Positions 48,953 to 57,937 of a DNA stretch of 64,000 nt are shown piece by piece; the stretch's first letter is position 1, and every line of letters starts with the position of its first letter. The translations under genes and the position numbers were made by a program. The DNA lies in assembly GCA_963704645.1 (NCBI GenBank), contig OY969926.1, forward strand, positions 576,001-640,000. The letters are read 5' to 3'. This stretch comes from an uncultured bacterium. GTDB taxonomy: Bacteria > Patescibacteriota > JACMRA01. The notes below the pieces were generated by a model. It was given only the letters and a program-made list of their open reading frames with translations. It did not search any database and was not told the origin of the DNA.

Positions 48953-50851
48953 ATGTTCTTAAATATAAAAAGGGATATGCCTAAAAATTATAAGTTCGCT
49001 GGTGTATATATAGTTTTAGTAATTCTAATTTATTCTATTTTAGGCCTTGTCTTTTTTGAAAGAAATAATAGGCATAAGTTAATGCCAACTATACCAACCT
49101 CAAGCAATATTGTGGTAGTAGCTATAGACGAAAAAAGTTTAGAAAAATATGGAAACTGGCCATGGCAAAGAGACACAATTGCAGAATCGATTCAATTAAT
49201 TTTAGATTATAATCCAGAAGTTTTAGGCGTAGATATTCTATTTCAAAAAAATGGTTATAATTCTGAAAAATTAAATAAGGTTCTGCAAGACCCTAAAGTA
49301 GTAGTTGCTGAGCAAATTTCTTTAACCAACGATAGTTTAATTACAAGCTCTGAAAATTTAGGAGGTCGCACTGGCTATATAAATTTTCCTGTAGATTCTG
49401 ATGGTGTAGTAAGGCAGGCAGTTACTAAAAATAATAATAATATTAGTTTATCCAGAAAGGTTTATGGTAATGACCCGGTGCCAGATACTTTCTTGCTTAA
49501 TCCAAATAGCAATTTATCCCAAACAATTTCCCTGACAGACTTAAGTGATAAACCAGATCTAGGTAAATTTTTAAGTGGCAAAAAAGTACTTCTAGGTTCT
49601 ACTGTGTTAGCTTTAGGTGATGCACACACCCTCCCAAAATATGGTTCTGTGCCCGGAATCTTTATTCATGCTATTGCTTTAAATCAAATGCTGATTGGTA
49701 ATTATCCAGTTTCACCTAAATTTAATAATTTAGAAGAATTTACAGTCATTATTGCTTTGGCTTTGGTTTTGGCTTATAAAGATATTTTCACGAAATATAA
49801 TAATTTTATTCTTTGCATTATTTTATGCATTATTTTTGTAGGAATTACAATTTGGCTAAATACTAGCCCATTGTTTAGCCTAGAGTTTTTAGTCTCCAAT
49901 ATATTCTCCTTAACTTTTTCAAGTATTATTTTATATACTTTAGAAAATTATAGAGAAAGGAACAAGCTTCAAAAAACCTTAGGTCTTTATGTTCCAGATA
50001 AAGTTTTGCAAATGATTTATAAAAACCCTAATATTATTAATCTTGGTGGCGAGCTGAAGAATATTACACTGCTTTTTACAGACATTAGAAATTTTACTAA
50101 AATGACTGAAAAGTTTGGTAAAACTACTGAATTTGGTATATTTCTAAATAAAATTTTAGATTTACAAACTGTGATAATACAAAAAAATGAAGGTGTAATA
50201 GACAAATTTATTGGTGACGCTGTTATGGCTTTTTGGGGAGCTCCTGTTTCTACCAATCAAGACGCTTTTTTAGCTATTCAAAGCGCTTGTCAAATTACTT
50301 TAGGCTTGCAGAAATTTAATTTAGAAAACAATTCAGATTTAAAAATTGGCATTGGGGTTAGTTCTGGACAGGCTATTGTAGGTAATTTCGGCTCTAGTAA
50401 AAGGTTTAATTACACTGCTATAGGTGATAGCGTTAACACAACGGCCAGACTTGAAAGTTTAAATAAAATATACGGAACAGAAATTCTAATAGGAAAGCCA
50501 GCAATAGATGCATTAAGCGAGGAACAGAAAAGACATTTTAAGTTTATTGAAATAGATACTGTTTGCCCCAAAGGTAAAGATAATAGTGTAGTTTTATATC
50601 AAGTATTGGCTTTTAAAACTAGTTTAAATATGGATTGGGTTAATTTACACACTAATATTAGTTTTGAAGAAGATTATAAAATGGCTTTAAATCTTTACTA
50701 TAAGGGGGAATTCATTAAAGCCAAAACAATTTTTGATAGCATTAATTTTAGTGTTGCCAAGTTACTTTCTGAAAGATGTACTTTTTTACTTTCCCAGTCT
50801 GAAGAATTTAGAAAAGAGTGGAATGGAATTTGGATTCATGGAAAAAAATAG
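48953..50851 (+). CDS. CHASE2-domain class III adenylate/guanylate cyclase
   Basis: VVVAIDEKSL..YG.WPW.R, DSDGVVR, PG.FIHA; LFTDIRNFT, DKFIGDAVMA, GDSVNTTARLE. Confidence 0.93.
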   Translation: MFLNIKRDMPKNYKFAGVYIVLVILIYSILGLVFFERNNRHKLMPTIPTSSNIVVVAIDEKSLEKYGNWPWQRDTIAESIQLILDYNPEVLGVDILFQKNGYNSEKLNKVLQDPKVVVAEQISLTNDSLITSSENLGGRTGYINFPVDSDGVVRQAVTKNNNNISLSRKVYGNDPVPDTFLLNPNSNLSQTISLTDLSDKPDLGKFLSGKKVLLGSTVLALGDAHTLPKYGSVPGIFIHAIALNQMLIGNYPVSPKFNNLEEFTVIIALALVLAYKDIFTKYNNFILCIILCIIFVGITIWLNTSPLFSLEFLVSNIFSLTFSSIILYTLENYRERNKLQKTLGLYVPDKVLQMIYKNPNIINLGGELKNITLLFTDIRNFTKMTEKFGKTTEFGIFLNKILDLQTVIIQKNEGVIDKFIGDAVMAFWGAPVSTNQDAFLAIQSACQITLGLQKFNLENNSDLKIGIGVSSGQAIVGNFGSSKRFNYTAIGDSVNTTARLESLNKIYGTEILIGKPAIDALSEEQKRHFKFIEIDTVCPKGKDNSVVLYQVLAFKTSLNMDWVNLHTNISFEEDYKMALNLYYKGEFIKAKTIFDSINFSVAKLLSERCTFLLSQSEEFRKEWNGIWIHGKK

Positions 50852-51037
50852 TTTTTACAATCAAATTCTACTCAGTGTACTGAGTTACGACAAGCATTTC
50901 TTAATTCAATGTATGTGTCAGAAGCTGTAATCTGGAAGGTACTTTTGAAGAAATAATTGGTGTTAACTATCATTTCTTTTCTCACCGTATCTACCAAAAT
51001 GTAACCCCCCCATCCTCTCTGTCTTAGTGTTTTAATT

Positions 51038-51070
51038 CACTTAGACCCTGAAACAAGTTAAGGGTGACAG
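51038..51070 (+). repeat. REP-like palindrome
   Basis: CACTTAGACCCTGAAACAAGTTAAGGGTGACAG. Confidence 0.8.
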
Positions 51071-51127
51071 CTCTTACTAAAGCGCTCGGTGCATTCCCAA
51101 ATAACTACTCAAACCTCATTCCAAATA

Positions 51128-51814
51128 CTAGATATAATACATTCCAATTGGTTGGTCTAAAGCTACTTTTCCTTTTTGCAAAGTTATAACTCTTTTTTTC
51201 AGTTTATCTACTACATCTTGGTCGTGGGTAACAAGTAAAACTGTCGTTCCAGAATTGTTAATTTTTAACAACAATGTCATTATTTCATAACTATTTGGCT
51301 TGTCTAAATTACCTGTTGGCTCGTCTGCAATTAATAAAATTGGGTTGTGGCTTAATGCTCGGGCAATAGATACTCTTTGTCTTTCTCCTCCACTTAATTC
51401 TTTAGGATAATTACCAGATTTATGTGCAATTCCAACCAATTCTAGCAACTTTGGCACATCTCTTGCAATCTCCATTTTGGTAGCTCCAGCAACTTCCATA
51501 GCCAAGCTTACATTTTCAAAAACTGTTCTAGTGTTTAACAATTTGTAATCTTGAAAAATTACCCCAATTCTTCTTCTTAAATATGGTAAAAATTCTGGTT
51601 TAACTCTATCTACTCTAATGTCTTCAATCCAAACTTCACCACCTTTTTCTGGTTTTTCTTCACCTGTTAACATTCTAATTAAAGTGCTTTTTCCAGCTCC
51701 AGACTGTCCTACTAAAGATACAAATTCCCCAGATTTAATTTCTAAATTAACATTTTCCAAAGAAGGGTCTTGTTTGTTTGAATATTTTTTATTAACTTTT
51801 ACAAAGCGGATCAC
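51128..51814 (-). CDS. ftsE: Cell division ATP-binding protein
   Basis: [44 protein letters not shown]. Confidence 0.88.
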   Translation of the reverse strand: MIRFVKVNKKYSNKQDPSLENVNLEIKSGEFVSLVGQSGAGKSTLIRMLTGEEKPEKGGEVWIEDIRVDRVKPEFLPYLRRRIGVIFQDYKLLNTRTVFENVSLAMEVAGATKMEIARDVPKLLELVGIAHKSGNYPKELSGGERQRVSIARALSHNPILLIADEPTGNLDKPNSYEIMTLLLKINNSGTTVLLVTHDQDVVDKLKKRVITLQKGKVALDQPIGMYYI

Positions 51815-51899
51815 AATCTAAACTTAAAATAAGCCAAAGTACTTGTCAACAATTCGTAATTTAATTTTTCTCCGCTTATTATAAATAATTTACACCCAT

Positions 51900-52682
51900 A
51901 TGTTTAAAAATAAATTAGTTCTTGTCGCAACAATAATAGCAATAGTTGCATCTGTATTCTTAATTATTGGTGTTGGGGCAGGGGTTTGGTGGCTGTGGGA
52001 TAAAAACTTACCAGTTTCAGTTTTATCGGTTCAAGGGGAATCTTCTAAAAAAGTAAAATACGATAAAGTTACAATTAATTTAACAATAAGCTTAATTGGT
52101 AAAGATGTATCAGTTTTAAATTCAGAAATAGACACCAAAACTAGTAAAATTATTGATTATTTAAAATCTCAAAATATCTCTGAAGATCAAATTCAAACCA
52201 ATAAATCTTCTTATCCTGATTACGAAATGGGCTATATTTATTCGGCTCCAGATGTAAGTCCTAAAGAAAGACAAACCAGAGTAGAAAATAATTTTATAGT
52301 TACTTTTACAGACTTTGGTTCAGATAACACTAAGCCAAATAAAGTAATTGCAGAGGTAACAAAGCTTGGTGTTAACAGATTTGGCAGTTTTAATTACGAT
52401 TTCAACGACAATAAAAAAGTGTGCAGCGATTTAGAAAACATGGCAATTGAAGATGCTTACAACAAAGCTCAAGATAGAGTAAAAGCTTTAGGCGGTGGCA
52501 GAATAGTTAAGAAAACTACAAACTTACTTTCTGGTTGTGGAGGTGTAAACAACTACCCAATGATGTATGCAACCAAAGCAGATGTAGCAGCATCTGGGCC
52601 TAGCCAAGAAATTCCTCCGTCAGTTTTAGGTGGCGAACAGGAAATTACAAGTACAATTGAACTTACTGTAGAGTATAAATAA
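51900..52682 (+). CDS. SIMPL (DUF541) domain protein
   Basis: TM; LSVQGE....V; L...I....IQT; AIEDA..KA; GEQEIT..I...V. Confidence 0.82.
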   Translation: MFKNKLVLVATIIAIVASVFLIIGVGAGVWWLWDKNLPVSVLSVQGESSKKVKYDKVTINLTISLIGKDVSVLNSEIDTKTSKIIDYLKSQNISEDQIQTNKSSYPDYEMGYIYSAPDVSPKERQTRVENNFIVTFTDFGSDNTKPNKVIAEVTKLGVNRFGSFNYDFNDNKKVCSDLENMAIEDAYNKAQDRVKALGGGRIVKKTTNLLSGCGGVNNYPMMYATKADVAASGPSQEIPPSVLGGEQEITSTIELTVEYK

Positions 52683-52728
52683 TATTTACGAATAAATTAT
52701 TAGACGCCCCAACTTGGGGATTTAACTT

Positions 52729-52757
52729 TTGCCCAAACCTAAAAAATAAAATACAAT
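52729..52757 (+). promoter_or_regulatory. Promoter of modular surface protein A
   Basis: TTGCCC-AAACCTAAAAAATAAAA-TACAAT; near-copy at 57747. Confidence 0.65.
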
Positions 52758-52779
52758 AGAATAAAACCAAAACAAAAAT

Positions 52780-54738
52780 ATGAATCAAAAATCATCTTCA
52801 AGTAGTGACAGTAATAGTAACAATTCTAAATTTGGAAATAAATTTAGTTTAAATAAATTTTTAAAATCTAAAAAAGGACAATATTCTTTATTCTCTTTAT
52901 TAACCCTTTCTGTATTATTAATATCTGGATTATTTACTTTCTCTTTATTACAAAATACTGACACAGCATTAGCTGCTTTAAATTGTCCTGCTGGTTCTTC
53001 TTCAAATGGAAGTCAATGTATCTCTAATACTCCTAGTAGCTACACTTGTCCTGCTGGATATCCTTTTAATAACAATAATGGAACATGTGGAAGGGATGTT
53101 CTTCTTAAAAAATACCTAGTTTTAAAAACATATGGAAATGTACTTCCTTCTGCTAACGATCCTTGTGTAGTAGCAGTTGATCCACGTTTAATTTATATGA
53201 GTGAAACACCAGAAAGTGCATTTGATTCAGCTAGAAATTGTGCAACCACAATTAGCTTTGATGTTACGTCTGCAGCTTTTTTACAAGTTAATTCTTATAA
53301 TTATATTTTGCCGGGTGCAAATGAACCTTGTGCAATGGTATTAGATAGTAGGGTGACATACTTAACTAATGGAAATGCGCCAGCAAGTGGTGGATGTGCT
53401 TCAACAGTATTAGATTTATCTCAAAATTATATAGTTTTCAAATCCTACAACATAATAAATCAGGGAGCAAATGAACCCTGCGCTGCAGTACCTACACCCT
53501 CTATAATGTATGTAAGTTCTGCGCCTGAAAATTTTATGAACGGTTGTGGCGGTGGACAAGGTGGCAATTCAGTGTCTGTTAATTTGAAAGAATTTACCCG
53601 AATTAATGATGGAACAGCTACCCCAGTCTACGGAACAGCAGTAACCCCAACTTCCTACACTGTTGAAGATGTTAACGTTTCAACAGGTACTTGCACTTCC
53701 AATTTAGGAACTAACACAGTAGTAATAGGTCAAACTATGAATTGTACTTTCCCTCTTACGGGTAGCCCAGCTGGAGTACCATACATCCTACCACCTGAAG
53801 GTTTGTATGCAGGATTATGGGATACCCCGACTAATTCTAATAGCTTCTTAGGTAATAGTGGGCTATGTACTATCTCGGCTAATAGCATGACTTGCAACAA
53901 TGTACCTACTACTGGCGGTACCCCAGGCCCAGCTGAATTAGTTATTCACAGGCCAGGAGTTGCTTGGTATCCTAATAAGGGAAGTATTGAGTTAGTTGCC
54001 TCTTCCTCCCCCCTAACAACAGCAGACATCCCTTCCCTTACAGTAACATGTGGAGTAGGAGGAACTCCTGGAACAGTAAGAGTAAACACTACAACAACTT
54101 GTACCTTCACTCTTCCTACAAACAAAACATTACCAAATAACTTCAAACTAGGAATAGGAAATGCAACCCCTGCAGGAACTTGTACTGTAGGAGCAAACAA
54201 TCTTGTAACTTGTATTAATGTACCAACAGGAACACTTCTTGGAACACAACCTATCAACGGACAAATTGGAACTGAAACAATAACACCTACAGGAGAAACA
54301 GTAAATGTAATAGATTCACTATGTTCCACAACTAACCCATGTGCCCTATTCGAAACAGCACTAACCTACAGTCCAACCCAAGCCCTAGCCAAAAGATATG
54401 GAGCTTCTGGTTCTACAAACTCAGATAACCTAATACTAACTCTAAAAGATACAAGATTAGAACAATCTGGATTTACTACAACATGTTCCATAAAATATAA
54501 ATTCAGAACAGATACAAGCTACAGAATATTAACAACAAACTCTACATACAATAATACTACAGGATGTACAGGAAACCTTCTTAAAGCAAATCAACTATTA
54601 TTCAATGTAGACTTTGAAATAACTGCAATAACAACAAATACAACTACAAACACTACAAAGAACTATCTAATCTATTCCAACTACGATTTCAAAGCTGGTT
54701 CTATTGGAGTTACTTCTATTGGTGGAAGTGGGTTGTAA
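52780..54738 (+). CDS. Modular secreted Cys/Thr-rich surface protein A
   Basis: KSKKG-hydrophobic-TALA signal; threefold 2-Cys repeat; two C-x-F-x-L-P beta domains; C-terminus shared with protein B. Confidence 0.8.
   Translation: MNQKSSSSSDSNSNNSKFGNKFSLNKFLKSKKGQYSLFSLLTLSVLLISGLFTFSLLQNTDTALAALNCPAGSSSNGSQCISNTPSSYTCPAGYPFNNNNGTCGRDVLLKKYLVLKTYGNVLPSANDPCVVAVDPRLIYMSETPESAFDSARNCATTISFDVTSAAFLQVNSYNYILPGANEPCAMVLDSRVTYLTNGNAPASGGCASTVLDLSQNYIVFKSYNIINQGANEPCAAVPTPSIMYVSSAPENFMNGCGGGQGGNSVSVNLKEFTRINDGTATPVYGTAVTPTSYTVEDVNVSTGTCTSNLGTNTVVIGQTMNCTFPLTGSPAGVPYILPPEGLYAGLWDTPTNSNSFLGNSGLCTISANSMTCNNVPTTGGTPGPAELVIHRPGVAWYPNKGSIELVASSSPLTTADIPSLTVTCGVGGTPGTVRVNTTTTCTFTLPTNKTLPNNFKLGIGNATPAGTCTVGANNLVTCINVPTGTLLGTQPINGQIGTETITPTGETVNVIDSLCSTTNPCALFETALTYSPTQALAKRYGASGSTNSDNLILTLKDTRLEQSGFTTTCSIKYKFRTDTSYRILTTNSTYNNTTGCTGNLLKANQLLFNVDFEITAITTNTTTNTTKNYLIYSNYDFKAGSIGVTSIGGSGL
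54335..54738 (+). repeat. 404-bp direct repeat (constant C-terminal domain), copy 1
   Basis: Matches 61599-62002; only three differences noticed, all in the last ~55 bp. Confidence 0.95.
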
Positions 54739-54785
54739 TGTCAGGGTTGACAAATTTTCGCAAGCATGGCATTTAGTTGCTAAGT

Positions 54786-55907
54786 ATGTCGGCAGATTTT
54801 TACCAAATTTTAGGCGTTTCTAAAACCGCCACTCAAGATGAAATTAAAAAAGCTTACCGCAAATTAGCCCATCAATATCATCCAGATAAAACCCAAGGCG
54901 ACAAAGCTAGTGAGGCTAAGTTTAAAGAAGTAAATAATGCCTATGAAGTTTTGGGTGACCAAAAAAAGCGTGATAATTATGACAGATTCGGTTCTAATTA
55001 TGATAAGGTTAATAATGCCGGGCAAGGTTTTGGGTATGGTGGAGTAAGTTTTGATTTTGGGGAAATGGGCGGGCAAGCTCCTTTTGGAGACTTAAATGAT
55101 GTGTTTGAAACTTTCTTTGGTTCTGGCTTTGGTTCTTCTACCAACAGACGTAATAAAACCAAACCAACCAGCAGATCTAAGGGTGTAGATATTGAGATGG
55201 GTATTAGTTTAACTTTAGAAGAAATTGCTATGGGAAGCAAAAAAACTTTTGGCTTGAAGCATAACATTAGTTGTGTTAATTGCTCTGGCAAGGGTTTTGA
55301 ACCGGGCTCTAAAGTTTCTACTTGTCCTACTTGTAAAGGTAATGGTAGAGTTTATCAACGGGTTGAAACCATTTTTGGAATTATCCAGCAAGAAACAAAC
55401 TGCCCAACTTGTGAAGGAGGGGGTAAAGTTTTTGAGAACGCTTGTAAGTTTTGCTCTGGGAAAGGTTATAACCAAGAAACAGAACAGCTTGAAGTTGAAA
55501 TACCATTCGGTGTAGACAACGGTGATAGAATAAGAATACAAGGCAAAGGTGAAGCTGGATATAGAGGCTCTGAACCGGGAGATTTGTATTTGCAAGTTCA
55601 AGTTCAACAACACAAGCTTCTACAAAGAGACAAATTAGATATTAATTCTACAATTGAAGTTGGCTATTTTGATGTATTATTAGGTTCTAAAATTGATGTT
55701 TATACTGTTTGGGGTGAGGTTGAAGTACAAATTCCTGCTTTAACAAATCCAGATGGAAAATTGCGTTTGAAAGGCCAAGGAATGCCCAAGTTAAATAATT
55801 CAGGTCAGAAAGGTGATCATTTCCTAAAGTTAAAAATTAAAATGCCAAGTAAGTTAACAACAGAGCAAAGCGAAGTGCTTAGAAAAATAAGAGAAGAATC
55901 TGAGTAG
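54786..55907 (+). CDS. dnaJ: Chaperone DnaJ
   Basis: HPD J-domain, G/F region, four CxxCxGxG repeats. Confidence 0.97.
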   Translation: MSADFYQILGVSKTATQDEIKKAYRKLAHQYHPDKTQGDKASEAKFKEVNNAYEVLGDQKKRDNYDRFGSNYDKVNNAGQGFGYGGVSFDFGEMGGQAPFGDLNDVFETFFGSGFGSSTNRRNKTKPTSRSKGVDIEMGISLTLEEIAMGSKKTFGLKHNISCVNCSGKGFEPGSKVSTCPTCKGNGRVYQRVETIFGIIQQETNCPTCEGGGKVFENACKFCSGKGYNQETEQLEVEIPFGVDNGDRIRIQGKGEAGYRGSEPGDLYLQVQVQQHKLLQRDKLDINSTIEVGYFDVLLGSKIDVYTVWGEVEVQIPALTNPDGKLRLKGQGMPKLNNSGQKGDHFLKLKIKMPSKLTTEQSEVLRKIREESE

Positions 55908-55981
55908 GTTTGTATTATTTTTCGCCGATCTTTAAGTTTGAAATTATTGCCTGAAACTTAATTTTAGATTAACATTATAAA

Positions 55982-56428
55982 GTGAACAAATTAACATTAA
56001 TATTTAAACAAAGTTGGTTCTGGCAAAGTTTAATTTTAAGCTGCGTTATACTTTTAAACGTTTTACTTTCTTTCGCGGTTAGAAACTTAGGTTTATATTA
56101 TATTCCAAACCAACAACCTTTTGGTTTTAGTTTAGGTATTTTTTCTTCTGCTATAATATTATTATTTGTAAGCTGGGGTGTTTTTGCTTTAAAGTTGTTC
56201 GAAAAATCGCCAGTATTTAGTTTGTTAATACTAGGTGGGGCATGGAGCAACTTTATTGAAAGAATAATTTTTGGTTCGGCAACAGATTATATTATATTTT
56301 TCTTCAGTTACATTAATTTAGCTGATATTCAAATTTGGTTAGGCTTAATTTTATTAAATATACAAATGTGGTTCGGCAAGCAAGTGCAAGTTGTTAAATC
56401 CACTGAAAAAGATAAAATACCGGAATAA
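55982..56428 (+). CDS. lspA: Lipoprotein signal peptidase II
   Basis: N...FG, GGAWSNFIER, DY, NLAD. Confidence 0.75.
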   Translation: MNKLTLIFKQSWFWQSLILSCVILLNVLLSFAVRNLGLYYIPNQQPFGFSLGIFSSAIILLFVSWGVFALKLFEKSPVFSLLILGGAWSNFIERIIFGSATDYIIFFFSYINLADIQIWLGLILLNIQMWFGKQVQVVKSTEKDKIPE

Positions 56429-56481
56429 CTAATTTCTAATTGCTAGCTTATAAAAAGTAGGGTATAATTAGTGTGTAATAT

Positions 56482-57720
56482 ATGCAGAGTGGTCAAAAGA
56501 TTAGTTCAGAATGGCAAAATGTATTAGATAATTATTTAAATTTAGATGAAAGCTGGAAAAAGGAAATCTTTTTAAAAAGCATGAGTTCTAAACAAAAAGA
56601 TTATTTATTACAAATTGTGCAAGATGCTATAGATAGTAAAATGGCAGAAAATCTTGTTCCTACAAAAAATATTTATAGCCACACCAGCCCTAGTTTCCAA
56701 CAAAATGTTTCTAATATAAATTTACATCCCAACGGTTCTAATAGTTTACAGTATTTAGCATCAAATAAAGATGAACATTTACTAAGTCACAAAGATTATA
56801 AAACTAGTAAAAGAAAGTGGTGGGCTACACTGTTACCTGTTTTTTTAATTGCTACGGTAATTAGTGGCCTTTCGGGTTTAGTTTTTTTTGCTTGGATAGG
56901 CGGTGGAATTCCAAAATTATCTTTCCTAAACAATATACCTGGAAATAAGGCTAAGGCGGATGAAATTACTTATGTGCAGTGGATAGAACAATTCGATACA
57001 ATAAAAGATACACGCGAAACACTAGATTTTGATGCAGACGGAATAAGTAATTTTGAAGAATTCCAGTTAGGGCTGAACCCTGTAAAGTTTGATGAAAACA
57101 ACAATTCTACAGTTGATGGACTAGACTATATTAATAAAGATATCTCTTTACTAAAAAATGTTGGTGAGCAGTCAAAAATGTGGCAACTGGTTGAAAGTCA
57201 AAGTATTTTTCTAAGACTTCAAAAAGCAACTTTATTAAAATTGGGGTTGCAAAATTCTGGAGAGAGTTTGTTGAAATTAACTAAAATTGTTATTCCAAAA
57301 CTGGATAATTTAGAAGTTTTAGCTTTACCTGAAAATACAGATTTACAAGATTCCTCTAGTACTTTAAAAAAGCAGGCAGCCTTAGTTCATTACTTAGGTA
57401 CAAATTGGGCAGGTGAAAATTTAAGTGTTTGGTTTAGTAATCAAGGTAAAATTGAACAAATGATGCCAGGTGATAAAATGGAAGCATACTTGCAAGACGA
57501 CCAAGAAAATAGCTGGTATCAAATTTATCAACTGCAAGCTGCAAATTCTTTTAGTGCAGACAGCCAAGATATATTTAAAAATGAAAGTAATATTCCTAAT
57601 TTAAAAATTGTTTTATGCCAGCCAGAAAATGGTTGTAACAAAGCTTTAGTTCTAACTTTTGAAATTAAAGAAACTAAACAAATTACCTTTGATAACCAAA
57701 TTAGCTCGCTAGAGTTTTAA
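56482..57720 (+). CDS. Membrane protein with Ca-binding (thrombospondin-3-like) repeat and degenerate sortase-like domain
   Basis: TM; DFDADGISNFEE..LGLNP..FDENNN..VDG; IVIPKL...VHY.GT..G...LKIVLC. Confidence 0.5.
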   Translation: MQSGQKISSEWQNVLDNYLNLDESWKKEIFLKSMSSKQKDYLLQIVQDAIDSKMAENLVPTKNIYSHTSPSFQQNVSNINLHPNGSNSLQYLASNKDEHLLSHKDYKTSKRKWWATLLPVFLIATVISGLSGLVFFAWIGGGIPKLSFLNNIPGNKAKADEITYVQWIEQFDTIKDTRETLDFDADGISNFEEFQLGLNPVKFDENNNSTVDGLDYINKDISLLKNVGEQSKMWQLVESQSIFLRLQKATLLKLGLQNSGESLLKLTKIVIPKLDNLEVLALPENTDLQDSSSTLKKQAALVHYLGTNWAGENLSVWFSNQGKIEQMMPGDKMEAYLQDDQENSWYQIYQLQAANSFSADSQDIFKNESNIPNLKIVLCQPENGCNKALVLTFEIKETKQITFDNQISSLEF

Positions 57721-57746
57721 AAATTTCAATAAAATCAAACAGGTTT

Positions 57747-57775
57747 TTGCCCAAACCAAAAAAACAAAATACACT
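57747..57775 (+). promoter_or_regulatory. Promoter of modular surface protein B
   Basis: TTGCCC-AAACCAAAAAAACAAAA-TACACT. Confidence 0.6.
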
Positions 57776-57861
57776 ACAACACATAAGCAGAAATTCCATT
57801 CTGTCTGTAGTTTAAAGTATATTAAAAATTAATGGTGTAACCATTAAAAACAAAACAAATT

Positions 57862-57883
57862 GTAGAGGCGAGCCTGTCTCGCC
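57862..57883 (+). repeat. GTAG-type REP palindrome in the leader
   Basis: GTAG-A-GGCGAG-cctgt-CTCGCC. Confidence 0.6.
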
Positions 57884-57937
57884 ATTAAACGTTAAAATCA
57901 GGAATAACAAATTCCAAAAAAACAAAAACTAAAAATT

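Noticed and set aside
52860-52980. Type IV pilin (class III) signal at KKG-QYSL / KKG-KYSL
   Set aside because: No Glu at +5, +1 is not hydrophobic, and an AxA signal peptidase I site follows the helix; not fully excluded
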